From a virus (lineage: Duplodnaviria; Caudoviricetes): 30,488 nucleotides of DNA. Shown one piece after another: positions 1-9,170 of this stretch (the stretch's first letter is position 1; every line of letters starts with the position of its first letter). The translations under genes were made by a program, and so were the position numbers. A model generated the notes under the pieces. The model ran no database searches. It saw only the letters and a program-made list of their open reading frames with translations, and had not been told where the DNA came from. The stretch is taken from IMG/VR virus record IMGVR_UViG_3300036987_000016, positions 1 through 30,488 of that record; one strand, written 5' to 3'.

Positions 1-127
1 CACCGTCCTGATGACGGAATCTGCGGTCTTCTTTACACTCTTCACAATACAGCTCATCTGGGGAGCAATCCTCTCCACAGTTTTCGCATATTGTATAATC
101 TTCTTCAAAATCTGTTAAGTCATCCAT
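1..127 (-). CDS. Small acidic Cys-rich (CxxC...CxxC) protein, truncated by the window edge
   Basis: Not in ORF track. Hand translation MDDLTDFEEDYTICENCGEDCSPDELYCEECKEDRR...; AAAGGAG RBS upstream; overlaps the stop of the upstream ORF. Confidence 0.6.
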   Translation of the reverse strand, partial: MDDLTDFEEDYTICENCGEDCSPDELYCEECKEDRRFRHQDG

Positions 128-380
128 GTTTTTCTCCTTTATTTACATAATATTTTAACGTGCTAACAATCAATTCAAACTGTTCATCCTCTAAATCCAT
201 CTCCATTAATTCATCGAATGTATTTTTTAAGATGTGTAGTTTCCAATAGAATTTCCAATCTACACCGTCAAAATCATATTGCTCTACGGTGGTTTCTTTG
301 CAATCGGTGCATAATGGATATTTATACTCTTCATCCATTGAGTAACTTCTACAACATATCGGGCAAATTTTCATATTCAT
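120..380 (-). CDS. Hypothetical phage protein with N-terminal zinc-finger-like motif
   Basis: CPIC...CTDC; ATGA overlap with the upstream gene. Confidence 0.65.
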   Translation of the reverse strand: MNMKICPICCRSYSMDEEYKYPLCTDCKETTVEQYDFDGVDWKFYWKLHILKNTFDELMEMDLEDEQFELIVSTLKYYVNKGEKHG

Positions 381-637
381 TTGAATAAGTCCTCTGTGTT
401 TTTGTCCATCTCAACCGTGACCGTATTAGGCGGGAGTTCTTCCAGCCATTTCATCACTTGATTGTATTCATTAAATGCAAGGTCTTTAGTTGAATTCTTT
501 TTAAAATTCATCTGAATAAGAGAATGAACACCCTCTCTTGTCCAGCCCAAAGACCTTGCCTCAATGTATAACTGTTTATAGTTCGGCTTCCAGTTCGGAG
601 GTTCTATTGCTTCGTATCTTTTAGCTATTATCGGCAT
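377..637 (-). CDS. Hypothetical phage protein (start probably MPIIAKRY at 637 rather than 682)
   Basis: The ATG at 637 directly follows the stop of the SSB-like gene and avoids a 44-nt overlap. Confidence 0.6.
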   Translation of the reverse strand: MPIIAKRYEAIEPPNWKPNYKQLYIEARSLGWTREGVHSLIQMNFKKNSTKDLAFNEYNQVMKWLEELPPNTVTVEMDKNTEDLFK

Positions 638-638
638 A

Positions 639-1196
639 TCAAAAAGGTAATGGGTCTTTGTCTTCATCTGGCAACGGGACATCGTCTTCTTGAGTCCCCA
701 TATCGTGAACTGCCTTATCTTTCATACCTTGAATCCATTTAGCAAAACCGTCTGGCATCACCGAATATTTACATTCGATTTTTGTCATTCCTTTAGCTAT
801 CGGGGTTACTGCGCTGACTGCTCTGCCGTCATTTTTGGTTTCGGTTATGTTTAAAAAGCAGTTTGCTCCGATAAGTTTTTCAAGGTCAAATCCTTTTAGT
901 TCTTCTTCTGTAAAAGATTTTCCTCTCCAAGATTCGAGGTCTTTACATAGATTAGCTTTTTCGTTCAGGGATAGCGTGTAAAACTTTGACACGAGGAACG
1001 GTTCACCTGCACCATTACCTTGTGTTTTCTTCTCTGCAAGTTCCCACGTTATTATAACCTTATGGGATATTTTAGGTGCGCCCATATATTCGCCCATTTG
1101 CTTTCCGATGTCGTTTACAAACGAGCATACGGCTTGTTGCATACCTGTCGGGGCTTTTTCAAAGTTTCCTGATTCTCTTGTTGCTGTTGTTGGCAT
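639..1196 (-). CDS. Phage single-stranded DNA-binding / recombination-associated protein
   Basis: Acidic C-terminal tail ending DEDKDPLPF, typical of SSBs; next to an exonuclease; good RBS (AAAGGAA). Confidence 0.65.
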   Translation of the reverse strand: MPTTATRESGNFEKAPTGMQQAVCSFVNDIGKQMGEYMGAPKISHKVIITWELAEKKTQGNGAGEPFLVSKFYTLSLNEKANLCKDLESWRGKSFTEEELKGFDLEKLIGANCFLNITETKNDGRAVSAVTPIAKGMTKIECKYSVMPDGFAKWIQGMKDKAVHDMGTQEDDVPLPDEDKDPLPF

Positions 1197-1347
1197 TAGT
1201 GTTATTCCTTTCTTAATTTAAAGCCATCCCTAATCAGGTCGTTCATCTTTTGCACGCTTCATATACCACCGACTCGTGTTTTCACACATTTCTCGGATGT
1301 GCATTTGGAAATTTTAGATGCCCTCATTGTAGGGATAGCATTTTATT

Positions 1348-2130
1348 TTATTCGATATTTTTATTTATTACAACTATTTCGTTTTCTTCTATATACTTCA
1401 AATCTACTTTGGTCGGATATGTTAAAAACTTTGGCTTTGCGTTCTTGTTTTCTCTGTGCCAAATTTTTTGAATATGTTTAAAATCCTCAAAGTTACTTAA
1501 TATCTCGTCCCTGTTTATTTCCTTTACTCTTACTCCTTTCTTGTTTAGTTTCGGGTTAAGCTGAACGATGCTTGCTATCAATACTTGTTTATTCATTTCA
1601 AGCCCCACCGATTCAGCATAAGCACTTACTTGAATTTCTGCTGTGTCGCCGACAAATGAACCTGTTTTCCAATCGAATATTTCTATCTTACCATTTACAT
1701 CTGCAATCAAGTCAACCGTTCCTGCGTATTTGTCCGCATCATTCCAAGTTAGGTATTCAATCCACTCTTTTTCATACTTGACTTCATTTTCTTTTGTGAA
1801 TTGTTTCCACCAGATACACCAAGAGAGGTATCTCTCCCAGACCTCAATTTTAGTTTGTCCTTCAAAGTATTCGACCGTTTCACCGTGCAAGGTCAACTCA
1901 ATTAGCTTGTGAACATCCGTTCCGAGCTGTCCTGCTTCATCCCTAACAGCGTACGGGTCTTTGGTTGTTTGTAACCATATTTCATATCCAATTCCTTTGG
2001 GATATGCTTCAAGGTATGTCGTAACGCCCGGAACGACCTCATAAGTTCCCTTTTTCTTATCAATTAAACGCTTATACCAGCGTTGGTCAAACATTGTAAT
2101 TTGTTCAGCTTCGATGTTGTAGTTTTTCAC
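1348..2130 (-). CDS. PD-(D/E)XK superfamily exonuclease (phage recombination nuclease)
   Basis: VPGVTTYL...GTDVHKLIE...YAGTVDLI...IFDWKTG...IQVSAY motif series. Confidence 0.85.
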   Translation of the reverse strand: MKNYNIEAEQITMFDQRWYKRLIDKKKGTYEVVPGVTTYLEAYPKGIGYEIWLQTTKDPYAVRDEAGQLGTDVHKLIELTLHGETVEYFEGQTKIEVWERYLSWCIWWKQFTKENEVKYEKEWIEYLTWNDADKYAGTVDLIADVNGKIEIFDWKTGSFVGDTAEIQVSAYAESVGLEMNKQVLIASIVQLNPKLNKKGVRVKEINRDEILSNFEDFKHIQKIWHRENKNAKPKFLTYPTKVDLKYIEENEIVVINKNIE

Positions 2131-2327
2131 TTAGTCACCTCCGTGTCAAACTCTCCGAGTTCTTCGGTAAGATGTGGATTGTCTATATTTTGCATTACTT
2201 TGTGGAGTTCTTCAAGTGTATCTTCACCTGTGGAATAAACATAATCCGTATAATTACTGTTTCGATAAGCCCGATAAACGGGTTTGTTAAATATCGGACT
2301 CCATTCCTTTTTTACATAGTATTTCAT
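2127..2327 (-). CDS. Hypothetical protein
   Basis: ORF with AAAGGAG RBS, coupled to the nuclease gene. Confidence 0.65.
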   Translation of the reverse strand: MKYYVKKEWSPIFNKPVYRAYRNSNYTDYVYSTGEDTLEELHKVMQNIDNPHLTEELGEFDTEVTK

Positions 2328-2400
2328 TTTGTTCTCCTTTATATTTTAGTTAAGAAATAAATTATGTGACAGACAAAATAACCTGTTGCCAGAGTTATAA

Positions 2401-2616
2401 TTACTGCACATATACGTTTAACGGTCGTTTCAATCTGTCGGCTTTTTGCTTCCATTTTGTTTTCCCTTCATTTAGTTTTTCTATGATTGTTTCAAGGGCT
2501 AATATCAACGCTTCATCGCCACTCATAATCTCGCTATATTTAATGGTTAATTCTACTATTTGTTCGATTACTTTGTCTTTTCGTTTTTCCATTTCACCCT
2601 CAATTCCAACGACCAT
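2401..2616 (-). CDS. Hypothetical helical protein (start may be the downstream MEKRKD)
   Basis: ORF in operon orientation; GAGGGTG precedes the internal ATG. Confidence 0.55.
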   Translation of the reverse strand: MVVGIEGEMEKRKDKVIEQIVELTIKYSEIMSGDEALILALETIIEKLNEGKTKWKQKADRLKRPLNVYVQ

Positions 2617-2649
2617 AGAGCGGGTGGCGTGAGTTTAAGATTATTGTTT

Positions 2650-2799
2650 TCATTTGTCGCCTACAAATATGCCAACCGCAGTTTCAATAAGATGTGTTCG
2701 GTCTCTAATTGTTGGATAGTTTTTCTTAATATACTTTTCGATTTTTTTTAATAGCTCTGGCTTGAGCCGTGTTGTAATCATTATTTTGTTATCTTTCAT
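2650..2799 (-). CDS. Ribbon-helix-helix (Arc/MetJ/CopG-like) DNA-binding protein, 49 aa
   Basis: MKDNKIMITTRLKPELLKKIEKY...RDRTHLIETAV fits a beta-strand/helix/helix RHH pattern; AAGAAGGA RBS before the ATG at 2799; first gene after a promoter. Confidence 0.7.
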   Translation of the reverse strand: MKDNKIMITTRLKPELLKKIEKYIKKNYPTIRDRTHLIETAVGIFVGDK

Positions 2800-2817
2800 A
2801 TATCCTTCTTGTTTAAC

Positions 2818-2841
2818 TATACGAAATATATAAAACGTATA
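2818..2841. promoter_or_regulatory. Putative operator, inverted repeat TATACG-N12-CGTATA spanning the -10 box
   Basis: Seen directly; further half-sites at 2904-2909, 2961-2966 and 3009-3014. Confidence 0.5.
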
Positions 2842-2853
2842 TATGAATGTCAA
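2825..2853 (-). promoter_or_regulatory. Sigma70-type promoter for the early operon
   Basis: TTGACA (2853-2848), 17 nt, TATATT (2830-2825) on the minus strand. Confidence 0.75.
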
Positions 2854-3188
2854 ATTTTACCAGCTTATAAAATAATTTTTCACTCTTTTTTTATCGCTGT
2901 AAACGTATATAATATATAGCTTTACGGGATTTAGCCAATTTCAGAAAAATAAATTCAATTTATACGGTTTGAAAATGATGGGAAAATATAAAAATCCACC
3001 GTGTGTCTTATACGGATGGTTTGCGATTAGAATCGCACAAAATCATAATTATACTCGGTTTACAACTTTAGCAATACTTACAAAACAATAGTTGTCAATA
3101 AGTTGTTTACTGTTAACTTTGGGGTATGTTGCATAGGGTCGGTCAATAATAATCAAACCTGAGCGATATATGAGCGAAATTATGCTAT

Positions 3189-4022
3189 TTAAAAGTGGTG
3201 ATAAACCCTAATATTGTTATAATCTACCTTGTCATTAACAAAGTTTAAAACCATATATCCAAACGCTGGCATCCGTCCAGCCATACGTCCGTTGAAAACA
3301 TAATCAAAAGCAATCTGGTCAAGGTCAATCATACAGGGGATTTGATACAAAATTTTATCTCCTACCTGCACCATTCCGCATTGGTGATTATGCGCTTGGA
3401 TTAATACCTTGTAACCGTCAAGGTTCATATATGTATCCCACTCATCTAACTTAGGTTTGATTTTCTGAACAGGTTGGGTTAAGATAATTGAAGATACTTC
3501 AGCGTGACTAAAAACCACATCGTTGTGTTTATAAATAAAATCTATTTTACGACTGCCTATGGTCTTTTGTTTAACTATTTTTAAATTAGGGATTTGCTTT
3601 AAAAGTATTTCAAGAAAATCTAATTTGATAAACGGCAATAATTCGTTCGGGACGTGGTCATACATATATTTCCTCAACCTCTGGTCATGGTTAGCGAGCA
3701 TCAAATAAACCTCGTCAAACTCTTCTGCGACCGATTTAAGAAATTCAAAACCCATTCCTAATTCTTGCCCTATATCTACGTTTTTAGTTTTGCGAAAATG
3801 TGAAGCAGAGTATAAGTCCACACCATCCCCGACAATCATTAACCTTGATGCATCACGATTAGAGTTTATAGCGTCATTGACCATTTTATCGTTATGATAC
3901 GGAGCGTGTATGTCCGCTAAGACAAGCATCTTGTTTGGGTTTCGTTTGCGGGCTTTTTTAACAAATGGAGTTTCTTTCACTCCTATTGTTTTATAAAGTA
4001 TTTGTAACTGTTCTGGATTCAT
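3189..4022 (-). CDS. Calcineurin-like metallophosphoesterase
   Basis: Motifs DIH, GDGVD, ANHD, SH, AHNH. Start placed at MNPEQ (4022) after AAAAGGAAA. Confidence 0.85.
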   Translation of the reverse strand: MNPEQLQILYKTIGVKETPFVKKARKRNPNKMLVLADIHAPYHNDKMVNDAINSNRDASRLMIVGDGVDLYSASHFRKTKNVDIGQELGMGFEFLKSVAEEFDEVYLMLANHDQRLRKYMYDHVPNELLPFIKLDFLEILLKQIPNLKIVKQKTIGSRKIDFIYKHNDVVFSHAEVSSIILTQPVQKIKPKLDEWDTYMNLDGYKVLIQAHNHQCGMVQVGDKILYQIPCMIDLDQIAFDYVFNGRMAGRMPAFGYMVLNFVNDKVDYNNIRVYHHF

Positions 4023-4393
4023 CGATAAGTTTCCTTTTATATCGTTGGTAAGTCGCAGCGGAAATCTTAACTCCATACAAAATATTCAATAACTTTGCTC
4101 CGAGTAATTTCCCTGCTTTATTTATTCTTTCATCCGATTGGAACACTTCTTTAAATTTAGGATATGCTAAACAAGTTTTTTTACCATAAATATTTATTTT
4201 AAATTTGCGATATTCTCTTAATTTTTTAGCATCTTTGGTTTTTAAAATATAGTCCCACCATTTCCAGATAACGCTTCGCGAACTATATCTGGCTTTGCCA
4301 CGTATAAAAAAATATAACTCTCGGCGGGTTAGAGCTTCTTTAGAATCTATAAAATCTTTTATTTCTTGGTCGGTTTTGATTTTGTTAAAACAT
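3991..4393 (-). CDS. Unlisted ~133-aa basic open frame; ATG is out of frame by +1 (ATG TTT TAA C), so frameshifted gene, pseudogene or sequence error
   Basis: Frame 4392-3991 is stop-free (FNKIKTDQEIKDFID...GAKLLNILYGVKISAATYQRYKRKLIDE...) and fills the gap between two genes. Confidence 0.55.
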
Positions 4394-4409
4394 CTTTAGT
4401 TGACTTTAC

Positions 4410-4432
4410 AAAAATCAACCTATATGGTTGAC
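4410..4432 (-). terminator. Possible intrinsic terminator after the lysis cassette
   Basis: GTCAACC-ATATA-GGTTGAT stem followed by TTTT, directly after the stop at 4433. Confidence 0.45.
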
Positions 4433-5017
4433 TTAAGGATACCGAAATATTACCATATAATTCGGGCTTCGGTCCGGGAATAACTGATAACCAATGCCAA
4501 AGTTTTTAATCCCGCCTAATATTCCAATATTCAAATCCTTGTGCGAATATCCCATCGAACCAGCTACCCACCATAACTTTTCTTTATAAATCTCAACTGG
4601 TTTTATCCGCATGATAAATATTGTATCTCTTGTAATTTTAATAGGTCTCGCCTGATAATCAATATTAAAGGAGTTTATCGGTGGGAAATAGTAGTCAATA
4701 TGTAGTTTTGATGTATCGGTGAGCAGAGTATCAAGCGAGGCAATGAGCTGGTTTGGTTCGTCAATGAATTTTTTTAACGAATCAGAATATCTTTGGAGTT
4801 TTAAATTTACAGATTGAAGCCGTGCATTATTGCTTTTCAATCGCAAATATGCCTGAACTGTGTCTAATCGGAACGAGGTCTCTACGGTTGTATAGTGATG
4901 GATCCTAACCGTATCTGCAATAACGGTCGGCTTCGGTGCTGTCGCCCTGCCGAAGATAAAACTACCTATCAGCAAGGCGACAACTATCACCAACGCAATG
5001 AGCGTTTTAGTGGTCAA
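4433..5017 (-). CDS. Membrane-anchored lysis-associated protein (spanin-like)
   Basis: N-terminal TM helix, coiled-coil middle, amphipathic beta-like C-terminus; follows the holin and endolysin. Confidence 0.5.
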   Translation of the reverse strand: MTTKTLIALVIVVALLIGSFIFGRATAPKPTVIADTVRIHHYTTVETSFRLDTVQAYLRLKSNNARLQSVNLKLQRYSDSLKKFIDEPNQLIASLDTLLTDTSKLHIDYYFPPINSFNIDYQARPIKITRDTIFIMRIKPVEIYKEKLWWVAGSMGYSHKDLNIGILGGIKNFGIGYQLFPDRSPNYMVIFRYP

Positions 5018-5220
5018 GCGTTCGGTCCCGGCTGGGTATTTGATTTAATCAATTTATGAACTGCACCGACACCGGTTAATATTCCACCAACCCAATCAAA
5101 CAATGCTTTTAAGGGTATCACCCAAATTAACATATCCGACGGGACGTTTTGTGCGAGAAACAAAAGAAACAATCCGAATATCATTTTGTTTCCGTTGAAC
5201 CAATTCCATAATGCTGCCAT
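5014..5220 (-). CDS. Putative holin
   Basis: 68 aa, two hydrophobic segments, basic C-terminus; next to the endolysin. Confidence 0.6.
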   Translation of the reverse strand: MAALWNWFNGNKMIFGLFLLFLAQNVPSDMLIWVIPLKALFDWVGGILTGVGAVHKLIKSNTQPGPNA

Positions 5221-5239
5221 TTTGTTATTCCTTTAATTG

Positions 5240-5635
5240 TTAAATGTTAGTAATTATTAGTTTGAAATCTTCATTGTTAAAATATTCCATTAACCTTCGA
5301 TGCGTTACGAGTGAGTGTATAATACCAACTTCACCCATCACCATGCCTAATTTTTCGGCGACAAGAATACAGCCCTGAGTATCTTCATCTCTATTCCCCC
5401 AGTGGATTAAAATATCATTCCTGTCGGGAACATCCATAACTTTATAAGTGTTTCTGAATCTCGGTGATTCATAGCGCTTACAAATATATTCTCCAGCAGG
5501 AATACAGGAAACATTCTTTTCGTTGTTCCGCCATTTGTCTTCTAAGGTTACGCACAATGCTTTTTCACCGTCTTTTAAAAAGCCAAAAGTAGAATCGGAG
5601 CTTTCACCAAGCCGTATTAATTCAATAGTTTTCAT
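5240..5635 (-). CDS. DUF5675-like putative endolysin (L,D-transpeptidase-like fold)
   Basis: TLED...SCIPAGEY...VPDRNDILIHWGN...DTQGCILV signature with a His/Cys pair. Confidence 0.8.
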   Translation of the reverse strand: MKTIELIRLGESSDSTFGFLKDGEKALCVTLEDKWRNNEKNVSCIPAGEYICKRYESPRFRNTYKVMDVPDRNDILIHWGNRDEDTQGCILVAEKLGMVMGEVGIIHSLVTHRRLMEYFNNEDFKLIITNI

Positions 5636-5901
5636 TTTTTATTTCTTATATCCGACTTAATTTCAATGAGCAGTTTTTCTATGTTATCAAGTTTGGCTTT
5701 AACGTGCGCTTGCTCAATTTGTATGTTTACAATAGTCTCGGTGCGTTTAGTATTGTCTTTTTTAATCTCTGTCACTTCAACGCACACACTATCTACTCTT
5801 GTAGAGGTTGAACTTCCCCATATAATTCCAGCGATTGCAAATGGTATAAATACTGTGAGTATTTTTAACCAGCCATTCATTTTTCCAACAATGTCACCCA
5901 T
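5632..5901 (-). CDS. Single-TM coiled-coil protein (holin/XhlA-like lysis accessory)
   Basis: One N-terminal TM helix then a coiled coil; first gene of the lysis cassette. Confidence 0.5.
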   Translation of the reverse strand: MGDIVGKMNGWLKILTVFIPFAIAGIIWGSSTSTRVDSVCVEVTEIKKDNTKRTETIVNIQIEQAHVKAKLDNIEKLLIEIKSDIRNKK

Positions 5902-5928
5902 AATATTTATTCCTTTAAATAATTTAGT

Positions 5929-8900
5929 TTACTTCTCAACCCACACACCGTTTTCTTTGAAATTTAACTTGCCTGAATCTTTATTATAAATCTTTGAACC
6001 ATTGCCCAAACTCGATGAATCTCTTTGAGCAGTAGTCAGTTCTAAAATACCTAACACACTCTTCCAAACATTACCTTCTTTGACAAAATACATATCGGTT
6101 TGGTAATCAAACGGCAATATTGATGCAGTGGTAAAATGTGAAGTATCTGAAAAATCCGATGCACCCAAATTATTTTCTGCTTGAACTCTCCAATAATAAG
6201 TTCTATCCCCATCTAAACCTCCGCCTGCAACTGCGGGTATAATTCTTGCAGAGATTAAAACTACAAACGTATCAGTGACTTGACCTGAAGACACTAAAGA
6301 ATCAGTTGTAAATATACTGTCTTTAGATACCCAATAATTATATTCTGTCGCATTAGAAATTTTGTTCCAAACTAAAGTCGGGTTTACGCTCTGGTCAACC
6401 GCTCCGTTTATTGGAGTAAGCAAAGTTGGTGCATTTGGTATACTAACTTCTTGAAGTGTAAAACTTCTTATTTCACTCCAAGCAGAACTTCCTACTGCGT
6501 TTATTCCTTGAACTCTCCAATAATATTCCAAGTAATGTGCCAAACCAGCCCAAGTATTTGTATTTACACTCAAGTTTGATGTTATTGCGCTTTTTAAAAA
6601 TGCACTGTTGAAAGTATTCACCGTATCTAATTGGACATGATACTCAGTCGCCTTCGGAGTCGTATACCAACTTAAAGAGGAAGGAAACGTTTCCAACACA
6701 ACGCCATCATTAGGAGCAGATAGGTTTGGGATATTTGGAAAATCACTCGGAATAGACGAAGTTGCGCCAACAGCTGTTTTAAGATATTGAAGCAATGGGT
6801 CTTGCTGAATCGCAGGCAACCATCCCCTATATAATTCCCAAACACCCACACCACCAATCCCATGTTCTCGTGCAAACTTTACTTTCTCATCTATCGATGC
6901 ACTGTCTTCGTAAGAAATGAATCTTTTTGCCCCCCCTTCTGTAAATCCGAGCCACGGGACTTTAGAATCATTATCCCAACGGTAACTTGATGGGAATTGT
7001 ACCTTCTTGGTTAACACGTTACTATAATTACCAAAGCTCGGATTACTTATTCTTGTTTGTCCGGGTCCGTCAACACCCGTCCATTCAGCTGTTTCAAAAG
7101 CTATTAGCATAACAATTATTGAAGAGTCGTAACCAGCCTGTTTCATTTGTCCGGGTCCGTAATTGTCAAGCGTCCAAGCATTATAGTTTGGATATGTTAC
7201 AACAGAAGGACGAGCCAATGGTGCATTAAACCCTGAATAATTTGACGCACCCATACCATATCCCATAAGCAGAAAACCATCAAGCGTAGCATTTGCAACT
7301 GCAGGTGAAAAGCGGTTTACCCAATCCGAATACCAAGCCGGCGCTGTAAAACTTAACCAACCGGGCGGATTCATAGTGTTTAATTTTTCTCTCCATTTCA
7401 ACATAAATCTTTCCGTAAGAGCTTTCTGACCTGATATCGGATATTCGATATTTAAGTCAATACCTTGAAAACCTTTTCTCTTCAAATATTCAAATGTATG
7501 ATTTATATAAACATCCTGTCGTGTGGTATCTGCAATAATCCAATTAAATATAGTTGCATTAGTTCCTACTTCACCACCTGCACAAAGAATAAGTTTAACA
7601 TTATTGGCGTAAGCAGAATCTCTGGCGATTGATAGGTGAGTTATCCCGTTTGTGTTGTTATTAGACAATGAATTGTAACACCAACCAAGCCATGTCCCTG
7701 TTAAGTCTGAACCGCCTGTTTCAATAATTGCTGAATCTGATTGCCCTGAAACAGAATTAACCAATTCCCTCATATATGGAAAAGTGTATGACGGTTCAGA
7801 TGAGAACCATATAAGATGTGTCATTGCCCTCCAGTCTATTTTTTGTGGAGGGATGTCACAACATGCCCATATTGGATAATATGCGACTACTTTTAACGGC
7901 TTTAATTCTGAAGGAAGTCCAATGTTTACATAATAAACTTGACTTGTAAAAACCCTACCCTTCAAATCCGTTATCCTAAACTGATAAGGTTTATTTCCTG
8001 CCACACTATCTTTTCTATACTTAGTAATAATATCCGATTGAATCCCAGAAATATTTCCAGAATCCACCTCAACTGTATCATAAATTAAAATCCATGTAGC
8101 AAGAGCCGAATCATCGTAAGCGATTGCTGTAAACCTAAAAAATAAAGATGTATCGACGGTCGCAGGATAAACTGCTACGTTAGAAATGCTTGGCGGGTTT
8201 AAGTCTAAGTTTGGAGGAGGAAGTGTTTTAAATGTAAGAATACTCCCTAACGATGTCCCCAAATTATTTCTTGCAACCGCTCTGAAATAATAATCAGTAT
8301 TCTCAACCAAACTTGTCAAACTTCTCGAATGACTAACAGCACTCCCTCCTGCACCTAAATTAGTTGTTGTTGTCGAATCATAAGTAGCCAGCAACGAATC
8401 TAATCCATATCTAAACCACGCATCGGTAGATACATTATTTGGATTAATAGAACCGTTTAAAGTTGCCGATGTCCGCGTTATTGATGTCGCTGCTTGGGTT
8501 GTAACTGATGGGATTTGTTCAGTCGGTGCGGTTGTTTTAATTGTTCCGCTAAAATTATCAATAATATATCCAACTGCGCCTGCCGTTGTGTTGCCCAACA
8601 TCAATCGAAAAAACTTTGAATTAGATTGATGAGTTGTATCGTTTGCGCTAACGATTGCTGAATTAGCACCGTTGTAAACTATTGCTTCCACAACTCCATT
8701 TTTATAAACAATGCTTAAAGTATCATTTACCAACATTTCTCTTGTTGTCTGTGCAAGAACAGATAGTCCACCTGATGTCATTATCCGAAGCCTAATAGTA
8801 TCAATCGCTCCAGAACGGATATAACTTATCCAATACCCATTACCGTTTCCGTGTTCATGCGGAACAGAGATAATGCCAAAATCTAAAGTTGTAGACGACA

Positions 8901-9165
8901 ACTGTGAAACTATAAATGAAAACGTAGCATTATCTGTAACAGCACTGTCATAATAAACCCCCTGCCATCGCCATGATTGGTTAGCGTCGTATACCCGAAC
9001 TTGATTATTATAAACTTGAATAATAGTATCGGGTGTGTTTGTTAATGAAACCCAGTTGCCAGCTCCGTTTAATTGTCCATCAGCGTAAGTAAAAGCGTCT
9101 ATTAACTGTGCGCTTCCTACGTTAATCAAAATTAATGTTGCGAATAATAAAAGTATCTTTTTCAT
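5929..9165 (-). CDS. Large multidomain protein: signal peptide, beta-sandwich/FN3-like domains, GH18 glycoside hydrolase domain, two further FN3-like repeats
   Basis: KVVAYY...MTHLIWF...GFQGIDLNIEYP...LMGYGM...WDNDSKVPW...FISYEDSASIDEKVKFAREHGIGGVGVWEL is a GH18 barrel; YYWRVQA/YYFRAVA are FN3 motifs. Confidence 0.85.
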   Translation of the reverse strand: MKKILLLFATLILINVGSAQLIDAFTYADGQLNGAGNWVSLTNTPDTIIQVYNNQVRVYDANQSWRWQGVYYDSAVTDNATFSFIVSQLSSTTLDFGIISVPHEHGNGNGYWISYIRSGAIDTIRLRIMTSGGLSVLAQTTREMLVNDTLSIVYKNGVVEAIVYNGANSAIVSANDTTHQSNSKFFRLMLGNTTAGAVGYIIDNFSGTIKTTAPTEQIPSVTTQAATSITRTSATLNGSINPNNVSTDAWFRYGLDSLLATYDSTTTTNLGAGGSAVSHSRSLTSLVENTDYYFRAVARNNLGTSLGSILTFKTLPPPNLDLNPPSISNVAVYPATVDTSLFFRFTAIAYDDSALATWILIYDTVEVDSGNISGIQSDIITKYRKDSVAGNKPYQFRITDLKGRVFTSQVYYVNIGLPSELKPLKVVAYYPIWACCDIPPQKIDWRAMTHLIWFSSEPSYTFPYMRELVNSVSGQSDSAIIETGGSDLTGTWLGWCYNSLSNNNTNGITHLSIARDSAYANNVKLILCAGGEVGTNATIFNWIIADTTRQDVYINHTFEYLKRKGFQGIDLNIEYPISGQKALTERFMLKWREKLNTMNPPGWLSFTAPAWYSDWVNRFSPAVANATLDGFLLMGYGMGASNYSGFNAPLARPSVVTYPNYNAWTLDNYGPGQMKQAGYDSSIIVMLIAFETAEWTGVDGPGQTRISNPSFGNYSNVLTKKVQFPSSYRWDNDSKVPWLGFTEGGAKRFISYEDSASIDEKVKFAREHGIGGVGVWELYRGWLPAIQQDPLLQYLKTAVGATSSIPSDFPNIPNLSAPNDGVVLETFPSSLSWYTTPKATEYHVQLDTVNTFNSAFLKSAITSNLSVNTNTWAGLAHYLEYYWRVQGINAVGSSAWSEIRSFTLQEVSIPNAPTLLTPINGAVDQSVNPTLVWNKISNATEYNYWVSKDSIFTTDSLVSSGQVTDTFVVLISARIIPAVAGGGLDGDRTYYWRVQAENNLGASDFSDTSHFTTASILPFDYQTDMYFVKEGNVWKSVLGILELTTAQRDSSSLGNGSKIYNKDSGKLNFKENGVWVEK

Positions 9166-9170
9166 ATAAT

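Noticed and set aside
1327-1337. 11-nt match (TTGTAGGGATA) to the ungapped NN concatenation
   Set aside because: Too short, does not extend, and is compatible with chance.
1348-2130. Exonuclease as a Cas4-like adaptation partner of the RAMP locus
   Set aside because: It lacks the four-Cys Fe-S cluster pattern, sits beside an SSB-like gene in an ordinary recombination module, and is not adjacent to the RAMP gene in this window.
1250-2751. Short plus-strand ORFs opposite early genes (and similar ones opposite structural genes)
   Set aside because: Antisense shadows without RBS or domain motifs, unlike the 20309-21067 ORF.
4400-4428. Plus-strand TTGACT-N17-TATGGT promoter antisense to the lysis genes
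   Set aside because: Weak -10, and the sequence is already explained by the hairpin; not supportable without transcript data.
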